From contig NW_003314311.1 in the NCBI RefSeq assembly GCF_000143415.4, positions 664,181-728,180 of the forward strand: a stretch of 64,000 bases of DNA, in the 5' to 3' direction. This stretch comes from Selaginella moellendorffii. Its lineage: Eukaryota; Plantae; Lycopodiophyta. The translations under genes and the position numbers were made by a program. Under the pieces are notes generated by a model. It ran no database searches and was not told the DNA's origin. It worked only from the letters and a program-made list of their open reading frames with translations. Below are positions 36,481-49,204 of the stretch, in pieces; position 1 is the first letter of the stretch, and every line of letters begins with the position of its first letter.

Positions 36481-37544
36481 TATGAATGTTTTTTAAGTCA
36501 TTCTCTGTAATTAATTATAACATTACAAAAGATAAATTGAAGTTGAAGAGATCAATATACTCTTTCTTGAGCTGATCAATTGACATTTCATAAAAACTAT
36601 TTGAGGAAGGAAAACAAAAGGAAATAAAGGTGATATAAAAGTAATTGAAATAAATATAGAAGAAAATTTACAAAGTGAAATAAAAGTGAGAGTAATGAAA
36701 AAGATATAAAGAGGTATGAGACAAATGAAGAAGCTTCATAATCATTTATAATATAATTTTTCTTCAATTAATTTACACTAAGGATGAGGTTAAAAACTTG
36801 ATTTGGCACTACCTAAACTTAGAACTCAAACATGTGATCAGCCACACATATTCCAATTGTTTTATCCTTATTCATACAATAGGCTAAGTGGAATTCAAAC
36901 CTATTATAAAGAGGATATTAAATAACTTTTTATTATAAAAATAAACTTGAAAAACCAGATAAACTAGTGCTAAATGAACCCCTCAATAATACACTCAACA
37001 AAAGGATGGAGGAGTTACTAATTTATTCATTCAAAGACCTTTATTACTCATATAATTGCTCAATTCTTTAAAAAAAATTTTGTATCAAGCTTTTCCATTA
37101 TAACAACATCAATAGCATGTTGTCCATGCCAAAGTCTCTACCTAGAAAATATAAAACACTAATTTGTGAAATGACCTAAATTAAAATATTCCTAAAAGAA
37201 TGTTTTAATCCTCATGAATTGTTATATGTACCACTTGAATAAAATCATCCCAGGAATGATAAATGATAATCACTATAAAATGATCAAACCAATTATATAC
37301 ATAGAATTCCCATAAAAAACAATTAAAATTTAGTAAGAGCAAAAAGATGAGTTGCACATGTGTTGTGAATGCCACTATAAAGTGAGTTTAATTATCTAGT
37401 TGCAGCCATAACACAATTGAGAAATTACAATAATTACTACTCCACAAACAAAGTATTTGCCACACAACCATTATTGCCTCTTGCCAAAAAGAGGAGAAAC
37501 TAAAGAAAAAATAGTGAAAAAACCACAATAATACACACATACAC

Positions 37545-37644
<100 letters not shown>

Positions 37645-39283
37645 CTGTTGTTATTTTAAATTAATACAAATTTAGGGTATGCTGCCTATAATCACCAAGT
37701 CCTTAGGATGAAAAAACAATTATAAAAAAAAATTAAAAAAGTGTAGTAAAAAACAAGGCACAATCAATATTACTTTTCACCTTCACTAATGTGAGAGTTT
37801 CAAATATAGAAATCTACATTTGTATTAGTTAAAACATTAGTTTATATACAAGAGTGAGTTGCTTGGATTGAATTTAATCTAATGGTTACCAAAATATAAC
37901 TATGTTAATAATAGTATATGACATTTATAGTTCACATTTAGACATCACAACCTTAACTAAGTAGCAAATTTTTCTTTTGCTTTATTTGAACGAATTAATC
38001 TTGATTATATACTAATTGATTTCATTAAAGAGTATCTCCATATTTTTAATTGATATTTCTTCATCTAAATAATATAATGCACTATTGATGTTTATCTATT
38101 GTATTTTATCATCATTTAGGACTAATAGTTAATTTTCTTAGCATGATGTATTTTTTTTAATAAATTTAATAAATTATTATATTTATCTATACTATATAAT
38201 ATAATTTTAGCTTAGTAGTAGTAGATCATACTAGTTTTTCTATAAAAGGTCATCCCTTTAATTTATGACATAGACATATAGATGGCATATATTTACTAGT
38301 TTTGTTTATAAAAAGAAAATAAAAATAAAAATAAAAATAAAAATATCAACTAAAATACTGCTTATTATATCAATTATAAAATTGTTTTTATGTATAATAT
38401 AACATATTAACTTTGGAAAAGTACTTTATTAAAATTCCTTTGATTTTTATAAATTTTTGATTAAGTTTTATATTCATAAATTAAGTATGTATCTAAAGTT
38501 TTGGAAATACTTAGATTATATCTTCTATCGTTGGACAGTTTTTAAATTATATAAATTTATTTTAATTAATTATAAATATTTTAATTTTCTTTAGACTATA
38601 GCCATTAATACTCTATAGCTAAATAGTTATTAATGCATTTTATCCACACACATTAGCAATTCCTATGGATGATGTAAAATATTTTTGCTGAGTATTATAA
38701 TGACTCATAAGCGTATATAATTTTAATATGCATTTTATATTAAGTAATATGCATAAAACAATTTGATTTTATATAAATCAACATCTATAAAATTTTGATG
38801 TTGAATTTTATTTAAGATTTCTTAAAATAGAGATAAATTAAAATGCAATTTTCAATAGATTTACTTGTTCTTTTTGTGACGTGTACTTATAGATTGTTCT
38901 AGTACACTATTTTACACTATAATTTTTAACCTTAAACACTTAAAGCAAAAATTCTCTTTTATTTATTTAATAGAATTTATTTCTGAACACTAAAGAGGTT
39001 AAAGTTTAACTATGAATATTGGACCTTTTGTTGGATTCATGCGCCTTGCAGCAAGAGCAGCCATATTATATATATACACACGTTTACCCCCACTGGATTC
39101 TTCTTACCGCGTGAAAGAAAACCTATCGGGGATTGTCTTATTTCTTTTTACTCTTTGGTTGCTGCTGGTTCTTGTCTCGATCCTTGCTACAAAATGTTGC
39201 TAGCCGCGATACGCTAGTAAAACCTAGAAATTTGAAGCAATGGAAGTTATGTAAATATTAGTCTGAACGAGTTCTTACCTGGT

Positions 39284-41542
<2,259 letters not shown>

Positions 41543-41760
41543 TCGACCTAAGCGCCGCGCCTCCGAGCTCTCACCTCTCCCCCATTAATCTTAGCACGGC
41601 TTTGCCTGCTCCGTTTACCCTTAACAGCGCTGTTAAGCTCTGGCTTTATACTCCACTGACGGAGCTGACGGAGCCGTTTGTTTGACGGACGGAATTCAGT
41701 TGTTACTCGATATTTTAGGGTTCTTGCGGAGGAGAAAGGGGGAGAGGATCGATCGCGACA

Positions 41761-42675
41761 ATGCAGGCTCCGCGCCGGCAATTCCTGTGCCCCAAGTTCG
41801 AGATCGAGCCTCTGGACATGGCGGGCAGCGCGATGCAGATGGTTCCGGCGCCGCACGTAATGCGGCCGCTCCAGGAGATTTGCTGCTCGGTGGATGCGTC
41901 GGGGTTGCAGCAATTAGAGCGGCTGGAGAAGGATCTGGAGCAAGCCAAGCAAAAGGCAAGAACTCTCTCGATCGATTCTTTCGTTCTTTCATTTTCCTTT
42001 CTTTCGCTTGAGGGTAGTAAAGTTTTTTGCACAGAGGAAACACAGTGGAGGATTGCGGGGATTTGGAATTGTTTTTTTTTTTCTTTCTTCGTGGTAATAG
42101 CTTTGGATGAAACAGCTTCTAGTGTTGAGAGCACAAGGACACCAAGAATCTCTACAGAGCGAAAACAAGGTGAAATTCTCTCAGGTAATCGTCTATCGTG
42201 GCTTCTTTCATTTCTTCTCACTGTCTATCATACAGAGAGTTTCTGAGAGCCGCTATTGGACTAACGAGGAGCGCCAGAGATTCAAGAAAGCCTTGAAAAC
42301 GTAAGCAAAAGCTCTTAGCTGTTTATAAACTTTCTTCTAGTTTTCTTCACACCAGTGATACTCACTTTGAGAAAATTCTGAGATTCTCTTGCAGCTTTGG
42401 AACCGATTTTGCTGCCATTGCAAAGTTCGTCGGGACGAGAAGCTCCACTCAAGTTCGCACTCACGCGCAGAAATACTACGCCAAACTTGTAAGTGCCGAG
42501 CTTCCCATCCGCGATTCTAGCAGTGCAAACTTGTGGATCGCTTTCGCTTTAGATCCGGGACTATAAGCGCTCCGGGAAAGCTCAGGCAGCAGCAGCTTCC
42601 GGTGTCAAGGACAAGTCGGGGGCCGCCAACGCAAGAATCGCCACTGAGAGCTCATATATTAGGTGCTCGCAATAG
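41761..42675 (+). CDS. MYB-related (SHAQKY-type) single-repeat protein, divergent from UKL
   Basis: Spliced RYWTNEERQRFKKALKT/FGTDFAAIAKFVGTRSSTQVRTHAQKYYAKL. The first donor site is uncertain, possibly GC at 41956. Confidence 0.8.
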
Positions 42676-42849
42676 ACCATTGTTTTGGCAGTGTTTGCCT
42701 CCTCCATTGTAGAAAGTCTACTTGTTCGTTTCGGACTGGAATAATGGAAAAGCTTCGTGAGTGAAAAACTTGTGTACTTCCTTGGGTTTTAAAAAAGGAA
42801 AATGTTGCCTATTATCTGATAGCAGTAAACTTCTTGAATTGATGTTTAG

Positions 42850-43668
42850 AAACAATGCGTGCCCGCAGCCTTTTGGAGAGCTTCAGGCGACAAGAGATCT
42901 ATCGGCGAGTGTTCCAAACTGGAAGTCAGTGCGCGCTAGAGATAAAGTTGAGGAGATTGCCTTATCAGACGAAGACGAAGAGGATGACACTGCAGCTGAG
43001 ACTCTTGCCGTCGATACTGGTGGTAGTGGCAAGAGTGGTAAAAACTTGGATGTGCTGCGAAGAGAAGGAAGATCTTATATGAATCTCCATCAACTTTAGA
43101 GTCTGGTGTTGATTCTGCTCAGCCGTCAGAAGCTGCAAAGACAGTTGCGGTGTTCATCAAAAGGTGGGAGACCAGGCTGCGAGAAAAGTACCAAGCTCTT
43201 TGTGCTGTTAGCGCGACATTGAAAGAAGCTTATGACGATTTAATTTGGTTGGATTTAAAATTTACATTTTTGTTTTCCTTTACAGCTTTCTCGAGCTAAA
43301 TGCTTAATGCAATGAGCATATGAGGTGATTTAATATGACCAAGATGAAGCTGCTACACAGTGAAGGGAGATTTTACAGCAGCATATCAACCAATTGTCAC
43401 AACTTTTGGGAGATGAGCTTGCTGCTGCTCGCCCAAAGATCGAAGCATTTCAAAAGAAGCGAGAAGCAATCCTTCAACATCAGCAAAAGTTCCAGGCTAC
43501 TAGAGTGGTTGGAGTTCATGCGCGATGGGGAAGACGAGCAGTTAAAAAGTGAGAAGGATGCTAGGGAAAGCTCATGTGATCTTTACTCTATGTAGATTTC
43601 ACTGCTAAACTCCAGGACTTTTCTGCAGTCGAGAGCTTGGAGGAGATCTTCAATGTCTCTATTGACTA
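42850..43668 (+). pseudogene. Decayed acidic/coiled-coil gene of unknown family
   Basis: Coding-like stretches (EEIALSDEDEEDD; REILQQHINQLSQLLGDELAAARPKIEAFQKKRE) with splice-like sites and in-frame TAA/TGA codons near 43305-43365. Confidence 0.4.
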
Positions 43669-45519
43669 AGAACACCAAAGACCTGTGACATCATGCGTGG
43701 AGTGTAACTTCTGGAAGGACTATATCCATGGTGTTCTTTAGGCCTTGCAAGTGTAAGTACTTTAAGTTGCTTTTCCTTTTTTTCGTTTCTGGTGCTTTTA
43801 TCTTAAGTGTTTATAAGGAATTTTTTCTTAAGGGTTTTTCATGGCAGTCAGGCAGGCAGCCTACATCATCAAAATTCCTTATATACTTTTTATAATATAC
43901 CTTAGAAAATAAATATGAAAAATATTTTAAATACTAATAATAATAATTTTAATAAAAATAATCAAAATCTAATCAAATCAATTAAAGCTTTTGCATAGTT
44001 GCAAATTATTGTAAAAATGCTCACTCTTTGCCTTGATTATAGAAATTTTATAATCTTTTCAGCTAAAGGTTTACTTTAACAAATTCACCAAACTGTGTAA
44101 ATTTATCAGTAAGAGATCTTTAGTTTTCAACTTAAAGCCCTAAAATTTGGGATTAAATGGTTTTGTAATTTAAAAATTATTTAGTGGCTTAAGTGCCCAC
44201 ATTTTAGGGCATTTTGCCGTAAAAGGGATTAATGTGAATTTAAAAATAAATGGCTTCTGGCAAAAGCCAAGTCTTTTTTGTGTTTATTAATGAGAATTAT
44301 TCATTAAGGAATTTACACTTTAACAGCTAAATAATATAAGATTGATGTGTTGGAATTTTGGCAGTATTTATTATGGGGTGGCACATACTTAATCTTGAAG
44401 GCAACAATTAAACTCATCAAAATCTATAATTACTCTAGAAATTGGTAGAAAGCCAAAAACAGTGGTAAGAAAAGAATATAAAAAAAATTAAACTGAGTTT
44501 TATAATTTTATTTAAGATTTATAAAAAAAAATTAAAATCTTTAAGTAATTTTTAATCTACATTTTACCAGTTATTTTATAGAATAAACTGGGATATTCCA
44601 TGATATGGCTCGACTGCCAAATAGGTTTTGCTTTGTCAATGCTTTTTTAAAAAGGCTACAATTATAAGTGCCCAAAGAGGTAAGGCTTTATAATTTAGGT
44701 ACTTAATTTTCTTCTTCAGTAGCAGAGTATTTTGTAAGTTGTAGGTACTCTGGTTTACTAGTTCTTAGAATACTTTATAAGAACTTGCTATTTTCATTAT
44801 TGTTGTTTGATAACTACTTTGGGGGTCACTTTTTGTAGTTGTTCATTGGGTTGTTTAAATTGGTTTTTGTGTTAACCAGTGATAGTACTTACAACAAACC
44901 ATTAAGTAAACATTGAAATATACATATAAACTAATGCATTGTTCTATAGATAGGGATTTGTGTATTTTCATAGATCTTTTCTTCATAAATGGTTGCTTAA
45001 CTAGTGCTACCAGTGGTGATGTTATACCTTCTAGCCCATACAAGATGGATTTGAAGGTATGTGTGTATTATCTGCAATAGTTTTCTAATTGCTCTTAATT
45101 ACAGGATATCAATAAAGTTATTGACAAAATTGATATGGCTGCAAATGAACGGGTATTTAAGTGGTGTACATAAAGATACTTTCAGGTGGAAAAGAAAGTG
45201 GTGAGCACTGACCCTACTGGTGTTGCTACTTACCAGTCTCCCAATGCACGATCCAGCAGCAGTGGCATGGTGAGCTATGCAAAAGGGGAACTCAGTTGAA
45301 TAAAGTAAAAGTCTTGCACTTTATTTAACTTGTAAAGAGTATCAGCAATTATTTGATTCCAAGATGTTACTTCTCATCAAATGCTGTGTTGTCTTTAACA
45401 AGGAACTATAACAAAACACACAAAAAAAAAAAAAAGAAAAGAAAATGAAAGAGAGAACTTTTGCCTTAGCAGAGTAGAGAAGAGCCATAGTGCTAGCCAG
45501 TGGCTTTTATATAAATATA

Positions 45520-46250
45520 TGAAATTGAACCATATTAAAACCAGATTGTGTTGTTTATTAATATTAAAAGCAAGATTATGTTTTAGCTTTTATAGTACTT
45601 CATAGAATGATATGTCATCAACTATTGAAGGCTACATTATGTTTCAGTTTCTTAAGAAAACAATGATCTAATATAATAAACCATTAATAACATAATCTAT
45701 ATTGAAAATTAGATTGTGTATCAATTTTATAATAGTGCTCAAGAGAATCATATTGAAAAAAAACCATTGAGTTTCAATTTCATATTAATTTTTCATGATT
45801 AGATAGTGTAAACCATATCATTAGCTATGCTGAAAACTATATTATGTTTTTGATTTTGTATTAGATATATATCTATATTGAAAACTATATTCTATTCCAC
45901 TTTCAGAATAATGCTTAAAAGAACTATATGTTATCTATATTAAAAACCATATTGTGTTTCAAATACCATAAGATTATCTATTGAAAATTAAATTGTGTTC
46001 CAGGTTTAAAATTGTGCTTGAGAGAATCATATGTTATCTACATTAAAAACCATATTGTATTCCATTTGTGTATTACATATAATACACCACAATATTGAAA
46101 ACTAGATTATATTCCATTTTCAGAATAATACTTGAGAGAACCATATGTTATGTATATTGATAACTAGATTCAGTTCGGTTTTCATAACTATATTTTGAAT
46201 TCATTTATTCAAACCATATAGGTTTTATATGAAAGTTATGTGAAAACCAC
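45520..46250. repeat. Degenerate AT-rich tandem repeat array
   Basis: Recurring ATTGAAAA(C/T)TA(G/T/A)ATT...GAGAA(T/C)CATATGTTAT units near 45701, 45877, 45980 and 46094, with shorter AAAACCATATT subunits. Confidence 0.75.
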
Positions 46251-46821
46251 GTATGTATTGACAATCATATTTGTTAATTCTTATCGATGAGCTTGGTCGA
46301 TCAACCTATGGACTGGCTCTGACCTGGAGTTTCAGTACTTAACTTTTAACACACATGCAGAAGCTTGGAAAACTGTCCACGATTTCTTCGCTGTCAATAT
46401 CAATAACAACCGTTTCAACTTTGAGGTATCGTGTGAAAGATTGATTCATGGTACTCACCAGTGGCAGGGTCAGTTGACACGGTTTACTGCTGTCAAATCA
46501 AATGTTGCCTTCGGTGATCCAAGGGGCCAAGAAAGTCATCGATGCAAGGTAAGGAGCTTGCGAATTTAGGGATGGTCAGTCTTTCGTCTTTCTTCTTCGC
46601 AGGACTCAAAAGCTCTGGAAACGTATGCTGTCATCAACCGGGAGATCTGCAAAAGGATATATTCAACCATGTTGCACAACGGCTGCTTCCGTTCAAGCAC
46701 AGCTCCTCGATCGTCGTTGCCGGACCTTTTCTCGCTGTTGCCTAAAATACTCCTAAGCGTTTCTAACTAGACATTAAATGCCGTATATATTGATTCGACT
46801 AGTCTGATACGAGGAGAGAAT

Positions 46822-47336
46822 TCAACTAAGTGTGTTACATCTCTCTAGTGTAAGCTTTCCAACAGGGACCATGATGAAAATACCGACGCCTGACTTGCGT
46901 GTATCTGAAAAGGAGATTTTGAAAGTTTTGTTCTGTGCGGAGGGATCCACGAGGATCCAGGACGCAGCGTCGTATCCAACGAGTAGAACACATCGGCTTA
47001 GCTGATTGTGGTGATATGGGCCACGGAATACTCCCTGCGGATCAAAGCAACCGCTGTCACCGAGATCGCGCTGTGATGACCGGAAACCTGAAACCATCCT
47101 CTTCATTTCCTCGTCGCTCGGAATTTCCATGCAAGCGAGAGCTGGTGGAAGTCCGGAGCTCATTTCACCTGCAAACCTGTGCTTGTCCAAGCAGCTAGCG
47201 CGCTCCCCTCCTCGATCGCAGCAACCATGTCTGCTGCTAACTCCGAAACGTTTTCACTCCAATCCACACCGCCTGGTGCTGCCGAATTCACACCCAAAAG
47301 ATCCAAAAGGGCGCTCGCGTATGCCGCGGGCGACAT
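46822..47336 (-). pseudogene. Degenerate papain-like (C1A) cysteine protease remnant
   Basis: APGGVDWSE resembles the mature N-terminus P..VDWR. GVFRGPY..LSRCVLLVGYD..WILVDPS resembles G.Y.GPC..LNHAVLLVGY..WIVKNSW. The two halves are out of frame. Confidence 0.45.
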
Positions 47337-48151
47337 CGGCGCAGCAGCACCAAGTGGGAGCTCGCCACTCTCGCCTGCGAAACCTCAAGCCCGTTGCTTG
47401 GGGCTTAGCAACTTAGAGCTTAATCTACGATAAAACCCTAGCCCTAAACCTAGCGCGATATTGTCCTATTTCTAGGGCTTTACTAGGGCTTCGAATTTCT
47501 TGGTATGGCAGGTATGATCTTCCTTGCAGCACTCGCGCTTTGCAATCTCGCCAGCGGCAGCAGCAAGCTCGACGCCATCGCCTTCCAGCGCAGGGATCTC
47601 TTCCCGGAAGGGATCGACTGGGACGAAAATCACGGCCGATTTCTGCTAGGATCAATGGGCAGGGGCTCCATTTGGTCCCTCTCCGACACAGGGAAGCTCG
47701 ACCTCTTCGTGGAGGACGAAGATTTCTCCGGGAAACACCCAGTCCTGGGCGTGAGAGTGGATCCCTCTCGCAACAGAGTCCTCGCTGTGATCCACAATTT
47801 CGACGACTCCACGCCGGCCTTCGATGCCGTGGCGAGCTACGACTTGGATTCCAGCGCCAGGAATTTCCTCGTCCGCCTCGACAGCATTGGAGCTCCTGGA
47901 TCGACGAAGAAACCAGTGGCGAACGATGTCACAGTCGATCGAGAGGGAAATCTCTACGTGACAAACTCGGCGCACAATTTCATCTGGAAGGCAACTCCCG
48001 ACGGTAAAAACGCGAGCGTTTTCACCGAGAGCACAGTTTTTACGTCGCCGCCGGTGGTGACAAAGGACGAGCACGTCCGGCCTTGCGGGTTGAATGGGAT
48101 CGTCTACCACTGGGACAACTATCTCCTGGTCGGGCAGAGCAACACGGGCAT

Positions 48152-48545
48152 TGTTAGGCACCAGGTCAAAATAATAGGATAAAGAAAGGGCCTTGCAATC
48201 AAGTGATCACCCCTTTAGCCAGTTGGCTTAGGGTGTAAGGGATAGGATCCTAACATTGGTATCGGAGCCCAGTTCGATTCTCGTGGCTGACGAGTGGGGC
48301 AGAATATTCTAAAGGAATATTCAACATGATGGATCTAGAGGGAGAACCAAGGTTTGGTAGACCCTAAGAGAAGGACCATGGTGACCGGATGGTGGCCTAA
48401 GTATGATTGTGGACGATCATTCCCTGACGAGGGGGAGGATTGTTTAGGCACCAGGTCAAAATAATAGGATAAAGAAAGGGCCTTGCAATCAAGTGATCAC
48501 CCCTTTAGCCAGTTGGCTTAGGGTGTAAGGGATAGGATCCTAACA
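48152..48545 (+). mobile_element. Complete TRIM (non-autonomous LTR retrotransposon)
   Basis: LTR1 48152-48255 and LTR2 48441-48545 (TG...CA, identical except one extra T); tRNA-Met-type PBS TGGTATCGGAGC at 48257; polypurine tract GAGGGGGAGGA at 48429-48439. Confidence 0.93.
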
Positions 48546-48551
48546 TTCAAA

Positions 48552-48721
48552 TGTAAGCTCCTGAATTTGGACTTCCCGGGAGGTCAACCAGCCCAGTACT
48601 ATTCAAACCCAAGGACGCTTAACCCCAAGTATCCCAAGACCCTTAACCGATTGGAAAAGGGGGTGCACTCTTGATTGCAAGGCCCTTTCTTTATCCTATT
48701 ATTTTGACCTGGTGCCTAACA
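48552..48721 (-). mobile_element. Inverted 170-bp LTR carrying a 5S rRNA-derived domain (Cassandra-like)
   Basis: TG...CA ends. Minus strand 48623-48569 reads GTTAAGCGTCCTTGGGTTTGAATAGTACTGGGCTGGTTGACCTCCCGGGAAGTCC, matching the A-box to C-box part of plant 5S rRNA. Its first 52 bp are identical to the TRIM LTR. Confidence 0.88.
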
Positions 48722-49204
48722 GGCATGCTGTTTAAGACCAACTTGCGAGGCGATCAAGCCCACCTGGTGAAGATCTCCACTCCACTCGTGGGTGGTGATG
48801 GCATGGCGCTGCGCCAGGACGGTGCTTTGATCGTCGTCTCCAGCTCCAAGGCCTGGCTGCTGAGGAGCAGTGATCACTGGCGAAGCGCGAGCGTGGCGGA
48901 CGAGTTGCGATTGAATGAGACGGGCTTTGCCACCGCCGTGACGGTCCGGGACGGCCTCAAGGCGTACGTGCTGCATAGCTTCCTGCTGGAGCTCAAGCGG
49001 GGGTCCTCCAGGAGTGACTTTCTCGTCGAGCGCGTGGAGTTTCCAAAGGACGCGTACGATGATCCGGTGTGGCTCATTCTCGTGCTCGTCGTCGCGGTGG
49101 TGCTCGTCTTTGCCTGGAGGTTCCAGATGTCTCGTTTCTTCGACGACTACAGGAGGAAGAGGCAGTAACTGATCAACAGAGACGAATAAAAGAACCGGGC
49201 AGGA

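Larger units (their letters stand above)
47505..49168 (+). pseudogene. SMP-30/gluconolactonase-like (NHL, Ca-dependent phosphotriesterase superfamily) membrane-anchored protein, interrupted by an insertion
   Basis: Signal peptide; DLFPEGIDWD, ANDVTVDREGNLYVTNS, GLNGIVYH and GGDGMAL; C-terminal TM. Removing 48152-48726 restores one frame (QSNTGMLFK). Confidence 0.88.

Noticed and set aside
41956-42100. Definite GC-AG first intron in the MYB gene
   Set aside because: It fits the phase, but an alternative GT donor near 42014 with a shifted downstream acceptor also works; unresolved without cDNA.
44560-45300. Decayed multi-exon gene or transposase in the second AT island
   Set aside because: Splice-like sites and short coding-like stretches exist, but no family motif could be recognised.
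45520-46250. CRISPR-like array
   Set aside because: Eukaryotic context, degenerate units and no unique spacers.
48569-48623. A genuine 5S rRNA gene
   Set aside because: Only about 55 of 120 nt are present, inside an LTR and without the 5' half; it is a retroelement module.
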